NCBI GenBank assembly: GCA_000992445.2
Contig: LBUF02000011.1
Span: forward strand, 35,556-99,555
Reading direction: 5' to 3'
Length of the DNA stretch: 64,000 nucleotides
From: Parcubacteria group bacterium GW2011_GWA2_38_13b
GTDB lineage: Bacteria > Patescibacteriota > Minisyncoccia > GWA2-38-13b
In this document: positions 55,807-64,000 of the stretch, piece by piece
Numbering within the stretch: the stretch's first letter is position 1
Layout: each line of letters starts with the position of its first letter
The notes under the pieces: generated by a model
Told to the model about the DNA's origin: nothing
Database searches by the model: none
The model's input: the letters and a program-made list of their open reading frames with translations, nothing else
Translations under genes and position numbers: made by a program

Positions 55807-58652
55807 ATTTTTTTTAATTTTTCTTTCAAGTACTGCCCCGTGAAAGATTCTTTAATGCCGGCAACGTCGCGTACCGTTCCTTCGGCGATAATTCTGCCGC
55901 CCTTGTCCCCTCCCTCCGGTCCCAAATCAATAATCCAATCCGCATTAACCAATACATCAAGATTATGTTCAATGATCAAAACGGTATTTTTCTTTTCAAC
56001 TAATTTTTTTAAAACTCCGAGTAATTTTTTAATATCATCGAAATGAAGACCGGTCGTCGGTTCATCCAGAACATAAAGCGTTTTTCCGGTTTCGCGCCGC
56101 GAAAGTTCCGTCGCCAATTTAATTCTTTGAGCTTCTCCTCCGGATAAAGTCGGCGCCGGCTGGCCCAATTTAACATACCCCAATCCGACTTCGGAAATTA
56201 TTTTTAATTTATTTTTAACAGCGAAGATATTATTAAAAAATTCTCCCGCTTCATCAATACTCATACTTAAAATTTCAGCGATATTCTTCCCGCGATATTC
56301 AATCTCCAAAACGCTTTTACTGAATCGCGTGCCACTGCATTCTTCGCATTCCACGTAAACATCCGGCAAAAAATACATTTCAATCTTTTTCATTCCCTGC
56401 CCTTCGCATTCCTCGCATCTACCTCCCCTCACATTAAAACTGAATTTTCCCGCTTTATATCCGCTAAGCTTAGCTTCCCGCGTTTGAACGAAAAGATTGC
56501 GAATAAAAGTAAACATACCGGTGTAAGTGGCAGGATTGGAACGGGGCGTGCGTCCAATCGGAGACTGGTCAACCACCACAATCTTATCAATATTTTCCAC
56601 GCCCCTTAACGCTTTATGCGCGCCGACATTTGTTTTTGCCTGATAAAATTTCTTCAAAAGAGCGTTAGCCAAAATGTCGTTTATCAACGTGCTCTTTCCG
56701 GATCCGGAAACGCCACTGATACAAACTAGTTTGCCGATCGGTATTTTAACGTCAATATTTTTTAAATTGTGTTCGGCGGCTCCGATAATTTCCAAATAAT
56801 CACCGTTTGTTTTAATGTTTTTTCCCGCGAACGAAAAAAATTTCCGCGAATCATTTATCCCAACCGTTTTCTTTCCGGATAAATATTCTCCTGTTAAATT
56901 ATTGTCTCTTAAAAGCTCTTTAGGCGTACCGGCAAAAACAACTCGTCCCCCCTTTTGACCGGCGCCGGGACCAATGTCAATCACCCAATCAGCTTCCCTG
57001 ATTGTCTGCTCATCGTGCTCAACCACTATAACGGTATTGCCAGCGTCGCGTAATTTTTTAATCGTATTAATTAATTTCCCCTGATCTTTCTGATGAAGTC
57101 CTATTGACGGTTCGTCCAGCACATATACGACTCCGCTTAAACCGGAACCGATTTGCGTAGCCAAACGAATTCTCTGCGATTCTCCTCCCGAAAGAGTGGA
57201 CATAGATCTGCTAAGCGTCACATAATCAAGCCCGATATTAAGTAAAAATCCCAGACGCGATAAAATCTCCTTGGCAATGGGACTAATGATACTTTGCTCG
57301 CTTTTGGAAAATTCCGACAACCTTTCGGTAATATCTTCAAAAAAGGCGACCGCTTCCGAAACGGTCATTTCCGAAATCTTGTCAATTTCCGTATTATTAA
57401 ATTTTACGGCTAGGGCCTCGCGGCACAATCTTTTCCCGCGACAAAGCGGACATTCTTTTACAATCATATATTTTTCTATTTCCGAACGGGTAAAATCAGA
57501 GTCCGCTTCGCGGTATTTTTTTTCCAATTGGCTGATTACGCCGTCAGCGCCGTTTTCTTTTTCTCCGTAAAAAAGCAAATTCAGTTTCTTTTGATCTATT
57601 TTTTTAATCGGCGCGTTCAAAGAAATCCCGTATTTTACCGCGAACTCCGAAATGAAACGCCAATACCAGTTTTGCTTCCCGATTCCGTGCGACATAAAAG
57701 CCAAAGGCTTTATGGCACCCTCGGCTAAAGTTAAATTTTTATTCGGTATCATTAAATCAGGATCAATTTCCTGTTTATTGCCGAGACCGGTACATTCCGG
57801 ACAGGCGCCATAAGGACTATTAAAGGAAAAAAGACGCGAACTGATTTCCGAAAAATGAAAATTACACATAGGACAAACAAAAAACTGGTTAAAATTAAAA
57901 TCTTTTTCAATTTTTTTAAGTTTATTGCTTATGGAAACGATCAAAAATCCTTCGCCGATCTTAAGGGCCGTTTCCACCGAATCAATAATTCTCGCTTTTT
58001 CAATTTCTTCGTCAATAATCAAACTATCAATAACAATTTCTATATTGTGTTTTTCATTTTTATCAATCGTAATTTCCGACACTTCCCCGATTGAATAGAT
58101 AATGCCGTCTATTCTGACGCGCAAATAACCCATTTTTCCTATCTTTTCCAAAAGACCCGCAAACTCACCTTTCCGGTTTTTTATTACGGGGGATAAAATT
58201 ATCACTTTTGACGGCCGAGGAATTTTCAAGACCGCTTGAACAATCTGTTTAGCGCTTTGCTTTGTAACATTTTTCCCGCAAATCGGGCAATAAGGAATTC
58301 CCACTTTAGCGAATAAAAGGCGCAAATAATCATAAATTTCCGTACTTGTTCCCACGGTTGAACGCGGATTATGAGAAACGGAACGTTGATCAATAGAAAT
58401 CGCCGGAGAAAGACCCTCTATCTTATCCACATCCGGCTTATCCATAACGCCCAAAAATTGCCTGGCGTACGCCGACAAACTTTCAACATACTTTCTTTGC
58501 CCTTCAGCGTAAATGGTATCAAAAGCCAAAGACGATTTTCCCGAACCGGAAAGGCCGGTAATCACAACCAATTTATTGCGCGGAATATCCACATTAATGT
58601 TTTTTAAATTATGGACCCGCGCGCCGCGAATTTTTATGTAATTACTTTCCAT
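55803..58652 (-). CDS. uvrA: Excinuclease ABC subunit A
   Basis: Two ABC modules ([18 protein letters not shown]), zinc-finger CxxC pairs, 949 aa. Confidence 0.97.
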   Translation of the reverse strand: MESNYIKIRGARVHNLKNINVDIPRNKLVVITGLSGSGKSSLAFDTIYAEGQRKYVESLSAYARQFLGVMDKPDVDKIEGLSPAISIDQRSVSHNPRSTVGTSTEIYDYLRLLFAKVGIPYCPICGKNVTKQSAKQIVQAVLKIPRPSKVIILSPVIKNRKGEFAGLLEKIGKMGYLRVRIDGIIYSIGEVSEITIDKNEKHNIEIVIDSLIIDEEIEKARIIDSVETALKIGEGFLIVSISNKLKKIEKDFNFNQFFVCPMCNFHFSEISSRLFSFNSPYGACPECTGLGNKQEIDPDLMIPNKNLTLAEGAIKPLAFMSHGIGKQNWYWRFISEFAVKYGISLNAPIKKIDQKKLNLLFYGEKENGADGVISQLEKKYREADSDFTRSEIEKYMIVKECPLCRGKRLCREALAVKFNNTEIDKISEMTVSEAVAFFEDITERLSEFSKSEQSIISPIAKEILSRLGFLLNIGLDYVTLSRSMSTLSGGESQRIRLATQIGSGLSGVVYVLDEPSIGLHQKDQGKLINTIKKLRDAGNTVIVVEHDEQTIREADWVIDIGPGAGQKGGRVVFAGTPKELLRDNNLTGEYLSGKKTVGINDSRKFFSFAGKNIKTNGDYLEIIGAAEHNLKNIDVKIPIGKLVCISGVSGSGKSTLINDILANALLKKFYQAKTNVGAHKALRGVENIDKIVVVDQSPIGRTPRSNPATYTGMFTFIRNLFVQTREAKLSGYKAGKFSFNVRGGRCEECEGQGMKKIEMYFLPDVYVECEECSGTRFSKSVLEIEYRGKNIAEILSMSIDEAGEFFNNIFAVKNKLKIISEVGLGYVKLGQPAPTLSGGEAQRIKLATELSRRETGKTLYVLDEPTTGLHFDDIKKLLGVLKKLVEKKNTVLIIEHNLDVLVNADWIIDLGPEGGDKGGRIIAEGTVRDVAGIKESFTGQYLKEKLKKI

Positions 58653-58662
58653 ATTATAAATA

Positions 58663-59808
58663 TTAAATACTAATTTTATCCAAATACCGTATTATACTAT
58701 CCTTAAATTTTTCCTTGTCAAATTCCATTGACCTTTGCTTGATAATGTCGGGATTATAATTTTTATAATTTTCTAGAATCCGGCGAACGCCATCGGCCAA
58801 AACCGCCGGTTCCAAATCGTCAAAAAATTCACCCGTCATGCCCTCGATAACGCTCTCCGTCACTCCTCCCCGTCTAAAAGCTATCACCGGTTTTCCAAAT
58901 GACATCGCTTCAACGGCCGTAATTCCAAAATCTTCTTCCCCGGAAAAAATAAACGCTTTGCACTTAGAATAATATTCAGCCACATCTTCATCTTTAAGCC
59001 AACCTAAAAATTCAATATTCGGTTTGGCCATTCTTTGAAGCCGGCGCCTGTCATCGCCGTCGCCGATAATCACGAGAGGAAACTCTAATTTATTAAACGC
59101 CTCTATAGCGATATCTATCCTTTTATAATAACGAAGTTGGGAAACAATCAAAAAATAATTATTTTGATCAGACCGGATATTTTCACATCGATAATTTTGC
59201 AATTCCGCGCTAACGCAAGGCGGATAAATCACTTCCGCGTCGCGCCGATAAAATTTTTTAATTCGTTCTTTGGTAAAATTTGAATTGGCTATAAAATGAT
59301 CCACCCGCGCTTCGCAATGCCTGTCCCATATTCTCATATAATGCAAAATTATTTTAGTAAAAATCCCTTTTAATCCCCTAAAAGAAGAACGCGATTTTCC
59401 ATATTCATAATAATAATCCCAAGCAAATCTCATTGGCGCGTGGCAATAACAAATATGCGTTGTTTTCGGTTTTGTTATTATGCCTTTGGCAAAAGCGGAA
59501 CTGGACGAAATAACAAGATCGTACGCCGACAAATCAAACGATTCAACCGCCAACGGCAAAAAAGGCAATAAATATTTCGGTTTTTTCCAAAAATAGGGAA
59601 TTTTTTGCGCAAAAGAAGAAATAATCTTTACATTGGGAAAAAATTTGTCGGTAATTTTTTTATCATAACAAATAACATAAATCGGCGCTTCCGGAAACAT
59701 TTCGTGAAACGATTTCAAAACTCTTTCCGCGCCGCCGAAACATAAAAGATAATCATGGATCAAGGCAACTTTTTTATTTTGTAAAAAATTTATTTTATTA
59801 TCTGCCAT
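58663..59808 (-). CDS. Glycosyltransferase family 4
   Basis: GT-B fold with a C-terminal E...FG.T..EAM motif (GEEDFGITAVEAMSFGKPVIA). Confidence 0.8.
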   Translation of the reverse strand: MADNKINFLQNKKVALIHDYLLCFGGAERVLKSFHEMFPEAPIYVICYDKKITDKFFPNVKIISSFAQKIPYFWKKPKYLLPFLPLAVESFDLSAYDLVISSSSAFAKGIITKPKTTHICYCHAPMRFAWDYYYEYGKSRSSFRGLKGIFTKIILHYMRIWDRHCEARVDHFIANSNFTKERIKKFYRRDAEVIYPPCVSAELQNYRCENIRSDQNNYFLIVSQLRYYKRIDIAIEAFNKLEFPLVIIGDGDDRRRLQRMAKPNIEFLGWLKDEDVAEYYSKCKAFIFSGEEDFGITAVEAMSFGKPVIAFRRGGVTESVIEGMTGEFFDDLEPAVLADGVRRILENYKNYNPDIIKQRSMEFDKEKFKDSIIRYLDKISI

Positions 59809-59814
59809 AAAATT

Positions 59815-60960
59815 TTACGATAATAAAATTTTCAACGTCTCCCGTGCGCATTTTTCCCAACTGAATCTTTTTACATTTTCGTATCCTCTGTTTATCGTAT
59901 CATTTCGCAAATTTTCATCGGTCAATAACGCGTAAATTTTATCCGCAATATCATTATAATCATTCGGCTCAACATATAAAGCCCCTTGTCCGCCAACCTC
60001 CGGCATACTGGAGGCATCAGAAGTAATGATCGGCACTCCCTTCGCCTGCGCTTCCAAAATAGGCATACCAAAACCTTCGCAAAAAGACGGAAACAACATC
60101 ATTGAAGCGTTCTGAAGCAACGCTTCTTTTTCTTCTTCATTAAGATAGCCTGTTTCCACAATATCATTTTTGTATTTGGTATTTTGTATTTGGTATTTGA
60201 TATTTTCATAGCCAAAACCAGGCGATCCAACCAATGTAAGTTTAGATGATAACTTATATTTTTCCTTAAATATCTCAAAAGATTTAATGATTCCGAAAGT
60301 ATTTTTTTTAGACTCTATCCGTCCAATATATAAAATGTAATTTTGGTATTTAGAATTTGGGATTTGATATTTATTTGGAACTTGAGATTTGGAATTTACA
60401 ATTTCCGCTCCATGATATATTACCTTAATTTTCCTTTCATCAATTCCATAAAATTTAATTAAATCTTTTTTGGTGCTTTCCGACACCGCAATAATTTTTT
60501 TCGCGCGCTTGACCGAATATTTTGTCGCCCATCGCAAATATTTCCCGAACCAAAACGGATAATATTCCGGAAAATATTCATACTCCAAACCATGTACAAC
60601 CGCAACGGAATTCCGCGGATGAAAAATCGGCAAAATATGCGCCGGAATAAATAAAACATCGCATTCCTTTTTTAACATTTCCAGCGACAATCTAAATTGC
60701 GTCCACAGTATCGGACATTTTAGAATTCTAATTTCAAAATTAGACGGTAAATTTAATGTTTGAAATTTTTTATTTGGTATTTTGTATTTATTTAGAATTT
60801 GGGATTTAGGATTTGGAATTTCACTATTTGTATATAACAAAAAACGATGCTCTCGCGCCTCCGTCAGCATCGCCAAATGCCTGATTAATTGAAAAGCGTA
60901 TTCCTCTACGCCGGTTCTTTGTTTTTTAAAAGCGGCGATGGCGTGAATACCGATAACCAA
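59815..60960 (-). CDS. Glycosyltransferase family 4 carrying three in-frame low-complexity inserts (TTG start)
   Basis: GT4 C-terminal motif FCEGFGMPILEAQAKGVPIIT. The inserts are PNPKSQILNKYKIPNKKFQ, NSKSQVPNKYQIPNSKYQN and KYQIQNTKYKN. Confidence 0.8.
   Translation of the reverse strand: MVIGIHAIAAFKKQRTGVEEYAFQLIRHLAMLTEAREHRFLLYTNSEIPNPKSQILNKYKIPNKKFQTLNLPSNFEIRILKCPILWTQFRLSLEMLKKECDVLFIPAHILPIFHPRNSVAVVHGLEYEYFPEYYPFWFGKYLRWATKYSVKRAKKIIAVSESTKKDLIKFYGIDERKIKVIYHGAEIVNSKSQVPNKYQIPNSKYQNYILYIGRIESKKNTFGIIKSFEIFKEKYKLSSKLTLVGSPGFGYENIKYQIQNTKYKNDIVETGYLNEEEKEALLQNASMMLFPSFCEGFGMPILEAQAKGVPIITSDASSMPEVGGQGALYVEPNDYNDIADKIYALLTDENLRNDTINRGYENVKRFSWEKCARETLKILLS
60166..60208. repeat. Heptamer array (ATTTGGT/ATTTTGT/ATTTGAT) inside the GT4 gene, insert 3
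   Basis: About six consecutive 7-nt units read directly. Confidence 0.8.
60339..60403. repeat. Heptamer array (ATTTAGA/ATTTGGG/ATTTGAT/ATTTGGA) inside the GT4 gene, insert 2
   Basis: Degenerate 7-nt periodic units read directly. Confidence 0.75.
60770..60830. repeat. Heptamer array inside the GT4 gene, insert 1
   Basis: ATTTGGT ATTTTGT ATTTATT TAGAATTTGGG ATTTAGG ATTTGGA. Confidence 0.75.
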
Positions 60961-60963
60961 ACG

Positions 60964-61073
60964 AAAATCCTAAATCCTAAACAATATTAAATACTAAAAT
61001 TCCAAATTCAAAACATTTTAGATTTTAATCATTTGAATTTTGAATTTGTTTAGAAATTAGAAATTAGAAATTA
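60964..61073. repeat. Intergenic heptamer repeats plus an 11-bp hairpin
   Basis: AAATCCT x2, AGAAATT x3, and CAAATTCAAAA (61003-13) pairing with TTTTGAATTTG (61038-48). Confidence 0.8.
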
Positions 61074-62090
61074 CTTTTTAGACATTATACTTCTCTTGTA
61101 AATCTCCAAATTATCCAAAACAACACCCGTTCCTTTTGCCACGCAAAGCAGCGGCTCATCAGCGATATAACAAGGAACGCCGATCGCTTCGCCTATTAGC
61201 TTGTCAATATTGCGCAACAAAGCGCCTCCCCCGGAAATAATAATGCCTTTATCAATAATATCGGCTGACAATTCCGGCGGCGTTTCGCGAAGAACTATTT
61301 TTATGGAATGAACCATTTCTCTCAACTCATCAATAATCGCTTCCGTTATTTCATTGCTCCTTATTTTTATGGCCTTGGGCATACCGGCAATCAAATCGCG
61401 GCCGCGAACTTCCATAGCCATTTCCTTGTCTTTTGACAACGGAATCGCACTTCCGATTGCAATTTTTATTTCTTCCGCTGTTCTGTCCCCAACCGCTAAA
61501 TTATATTTTTTCTTAATATGCTCCGCGATGGCGGAATCAATTTTATTACCTCCAACACGAACGGAAGCCCATGATACTATACCGCCAAGAGAAATTACGG
61601 CTATCTCCGTAGTACCGCCACCGATGCCGATAATCATATGGCCGGAAGAACTATTAATCGGGATTCCCGCGCCAATAGCCGCCAACACCGGTTCTCTTAC
61701 CACATAAGCCGCTTTAGCGCCGGCATTGATCGTCGCGTCAATCACAGCTCTTTTTTCAGTTGACGTTATGCCGGCCGGAACCGAAACCATAACTTCGGGT
61801 TTAAAAATTCTTATTCTGCCTCCAACTTTATTGATAAAATAACGGATCATCGCTTCCGTTACTTTATAATCCGCGATCACCCCGTCTTTTAATGGTCTGT
61901 AAGCGATAATGTTATCGGGCGTCCTGCCAACCATTTCTTTGGCGTCATTTCCAATAGCCAAAATACGATTTTCCGGCATACTTACAGCAACAACCGACGG
62001 CTCATTGATAACCACGCCCTTGCCCGGCAAAAAAACAAGAGTATTAGTGGTGCCAAGATCGATTCCAATTTTTTTTACAAAAAATGACAT
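61071..62090 (-). CDS. MreB/Mbl-like actin homologue (second paralogue)
   Basis: IDLGTTNTLVF and GIGGGTTEIAVISLGG motifs. Length is 339 aa. Confidence 0.9.
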   Translation of the reverse strand: MSFFVKKIGIDLGTTNTLVFLPGKGVVINEPSVVAVSMPENRILAIGNDAKEMVGRTPDNIIAYRPLKDGVIADYKVTEAMIRYFINKVGGRIRIFKPEVMVSVPAGITSTEKRAVIDATINAGAKAAYVVREPVLAAIGAGIPINSSSGHMIIGIGGGTTEIAVISLGGIVSWASVRVGGNKIDSAIAEHIKKKYNLAVGDRTAEEIKIAIGSAIPLSKDKEMAMEVRGRDLIAGMPKAIKIRSNEITEAIIDELREMVHSIKIVLRETPPELSADIIDKGIIISGGGALLRNIDKLIGEAIGVPCYIADEPLLCVAKGTGVVLDNLEIYKRSIMSKK

Positions 62091-62114
62091 AATCCATTAA
62101 AATAATTTGATAAG

Positions 62115-63380
62115 TTAGTCGTTAATTCTTTGTATGTCCGCTCCGATGGCGCGCAACCGTTCGTCTATTTTTTCGTACCCCCGATCAATCTGATAAATAT
62201 TTTCAATAATCGTTTCGCCTTTCGCCATAAGTCCGGCAATTATTAAAGCGATGCCAGCCCTTATGTCAGGACTGAAAACTTTGGCACCATAAAGTTTTAC
62301 CGGCCCATTAACGACAACCCGATGCGGATCGCATAAAATAATATTGGCGCCCATTTTATTCAATATGTCCGTGTAAAAAAGCCGACCTTCATAAATCGTT
62401 TCGTGAACCATACTTAATCCTTTCAATTGCGTTAACAAAACGGTAAGAGGCGGCTGAAGATCGGTAGCCAGCCCCGGGTACTCATGTGTTTTTATATTTA
62501 TCGCTTTATGATTATTTTTCTGCCGCCCGACTATGGCATAATCATTTCCCAATGAAAAATTAACGCCTATTTCTTTAAATATTTGCCATAATACTTCAAG
62601 ATGCGCCGGATTCATCTTTTTTATTTTAATATTGCTATTGGTAGCCGCGGCTAAAATAGCGAAACTTCCCGCTTCTATTCTATCCGGCATAGTTTCGTAA
62701 ATTCCGGATTTTATTTCTTTTACCCCGTCAATTATTATGGTTGAGGTTCCGGCGCCCTGAATTTTAGCTCCGCATTTATTTAAAAATTCCGCCAAACTTT
62801 GAATTTCCGGCTCTTGCGCGGCGTTTTTCAAAACGGTCCGGCCTTGAGCCACAACCCCGAGTATCATTAATGTTTCGGTCGCGGTAACGCTTATTTGTCT
62901 AAAAAAGAAATCGGCGCCGCGAATTTTTTTAGCGCTGATAACATATTTATCTTTGCCTAATTTCACATCCGCGCCAAACGCCCTAAAACCGTCCAAAAAA
63001 ATATCAATCGGGCGTTTTCCCAAAAGACAGCCACCCGGATGATAAAATTCAACCTTGCCCATTCTTGCCAAAAGAGGAGCGACAAGCGTTATCGAAGCGC
63101 GCAATTTTCTCGTTTTGTCTTCATCTAATATATTTGACTTAACATTTAAAGCGCATATATCATATCCGTTTTCTCCTTTTTTATTCACTTTCACACCAAG
63201 ATCGCTTAAAATTTCACCCATCCTGACAATATCTTCAATATTCGGTACATTGCGCAATTGCCAAAGTTTTTTTGATAAAAGCGCGGCGGCGAAAAATTTC
63301 AGAGCCGCGTTTTTCGCGCCCCCGACTTCAATTTCCCCGCTAAGTTTTTTCCCGCCTTTTATAATAAACTTTTCCATCAC
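62115..63380 (-). CDS. murA: UDP-N-acetylglucosamine 1-carboxyvinyltransferase
   Basis: GGAKNAAL near the N-terminus and the catalytic Cys loop HPGGCLLGKRPID. The start is the GTG at 63380 or the adjacent ATG at 63377. Confidence 0.95.
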   Translation of the reverse strand: MMEKFIIKGGKKLSGEIEVGGAKNAALKFFAAALLSKKLWQLRNVPNIEDIVRMGEILSDLGVKVNKKGENGYDICALNVKSNILDEDKTRKLRASITLVAPLLARMGKVEFYHPGGCLLGKRPIDIFLDGFRAFGADVKLGKDKYVISAKKIRGADFFFRQISVTATETLMILGVVAQGRTVLKNAAQEPEIQSLAEFLNKCGAKIQGAGTSTIIIDGVKEIKSGIYETMPDRIEAGSFAILAAATNSNIKIKKMNPAHLEVLWQIFKEIGVNFSLGNDYAIVGRQKNNHKAINIKTHEYPGLATDLQPPLTVLLTQLKGLSMVHETIYEGRLFYTDILNKMGANIILCDPHRVVVNGPVKLYGAKVFSPDIRAGIALIIAGLMAKGETIIENIYQIDRGYEKIDERLRAIGADIQRIND

Positions 63381-63435
63381 CCCAATCCTATCATTATTAT
63401 TTTATTTATTCAACCCAGTTAGAAATTTCAAAAAA

Positions 63436-63466
63436 ATAAAAAAAGCGGCTGTTGCCAACCGCTTTT
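63436..63466 (-). terminator. Intrinsic terminator after pncA
   Basis: On the minus strand, AAGCGG-ttggcaacag-CCGCTT followed by a T-run. Confidence 0.65.
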
Positions 63467-63491
63467 ACTCCTATATTTTTTCGTCTTTATT

Positions 63492-64000
63492 TTATATTTT
63501 TATTTTCATCACCTCTTCAGTCGTCATAATTATAACACCCGCGTCTTCCATTTCCTTAACGGCTTTTCTACCGCCTTCAGGGGTTAATGCCCGGCAAGCG
63601 TCAAGCAATAAAAAAGTTTTATATTTCTTTATTGCATCAATAGCCGTTAGTTTAACACAAACTTCTGTCGCGACTCCGCATACAAAAACCTCTCCAATGC
63701 TGAATATATTTAGAATATCGTTTAATTCAAACCCATTCCACGCTATTCCATCAAAAGCGGAATAACCGTCTTCGCTGGGATTAAGACCTTTATAAATAAT
63801 AACGGCGTCTGAAGGAACATTTAAATCCGGATGAAATTTAGCGCCCGGAGTATTTCGCACGCAATGAATGGGCCATTTGTCAAAATGTTTTGAATCTTCC
63901 GGATGCCAATCGACCGCCAGAATAATAATCCAGTCTTCTTTATCTTCACATTGATCAATTATTTTATTGGTTGGTTTTATTACTGCGTCGCCATCTGGAA
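63492..64000 (-). CDS. pncA: Nicotinamidase/isochorismatase-family hydrolase, 5' end outside the window
   Basis: The frame stays open to the window edge (PDGDAVIKPTNKIIDQCEDKEDWIIILAVDWHPEDSKHFDKWPIHCVRNTPGAKF). Catalytic Cys lies in VCGVATEVCV. The ORF-track GTG start at 63860 is internal. Confidence 0.8.
   Translation of the reverse strand, partial: PDGDAVIKPTNKIIDQCEDKEDWIIILAVDWHPEDSKHFDKWPIHCVRNTPGAKFHPDLNVPSDAVIIYKGLNPSEDGYSAFDGIAWNGFELNDILNIFSIGEVFVCGVATEVCVKLTAIDAIKKYKTFLLLDACRALTPEGGRKAVKEMEDAGVIIMTTEEVMKIKI

Noticed and set aside
60166-61073. Regularly spaced short repeats considered as a CRISPR array (also 38041-38150)
   Set aside because: The units are 7 nt, degenerate and contiguous, with no 25-40-nt repeats or unique spacers. 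Most lie inside an intact GT4 reading frame, and no cas genes are in the window.
63055-63765. 236-aa plus-strand ORF spanning the murA 5' end, the intergenic terminator and pncA
   Set aside because: It is antisense to two well-supported genes and crosses a terminator hairpin. The product is an S/F/I/P-rich shadow translation.
1-64000. Alternative genetic code (UGA or UAG reassignment as in some candidate phyla)
   Set aside because: The conserved proteins recognised in the window (RpoB/C, UvrA, DnaK, the aaRSs) come out as uninterrupted ORFs of plausible length under the standard bacterial code. None needs read-through. TAA, TAG and TGA all appear as terminal stops.

Overview
The window is an AT-rich, tightly packed bacterial chromosome segment of about 60 protein genes. 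All but six or seven are on the minus strand. No rRNA, tRNA or CRISPR array is visible. Gene content is almost entirely housekeeping:
- Cell envelope and division: murG', ftsW, murD, ftsQ, alr, mrdA, mreBCD, a second mreB-like gene, rodA, rodZ, ftsA, ftsK, murA, an L,D-transpeptidase and glycosyltransferases.
- Translation: serS, lysS, proS, hisS, prfA and ribosomal proteins L31, L25, S21, S18, S6 and L32.
- A CIRCE-controlled hrcA-grpE-dnaK-X-dnaJ operon.
- rpoB-rpoC, smc, uvrA, ssb, rnc, nusB and rnhB.

Gene order (rpsU-yqeY-ybeY-dgkA, hrcA/CIRCE) and several miniaturised proteins (an apparently hinge-less 723-aa SMC, an INS-less ProRS, a short HrcA) fit a reduced-genome, Terrabacteria-like or Patescibacteria-like organism. 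That placement is inference only.

Accessory material is limited to three places:
- An internally deleted IS remnant at about 5.2-5.9 kb.
- A higher-GC secreted-protein gene at about 40.7-41.4 kb.
- A very AT-rich restriction-modification-like islet at 44.4-46.3 kb, between ftsK and rpoC. It holds an MTase fragment, a GIY-YIG protein, a zinc-ribbon ORF and a PD-(D/E)XK nuclease.

The signals I consider least explained by ordinary annotation are:
1. A recurrent TTCTAACGGGG / CCCCGTTAGAA motif family and a shared structured leader in front of prfA, rpsU, grpE, rplY, mreD, rpoC and murA. At five genes the motif runs directly into a GTG start codon.
2. A heptamer-based AT-rich repeat family found in intergenic hairpins and also in frame inside coding genes (rnhB and a GT4 glycosyltransferase). 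It sits next to a perfect 44-bp palindrome inside rnhB.
3. A two-copy, roughly 85-nt palindromic element abutting the stop codons of mrdA and ftsA.

All functional calls rest on motif recognition by eye. No database search was possible.
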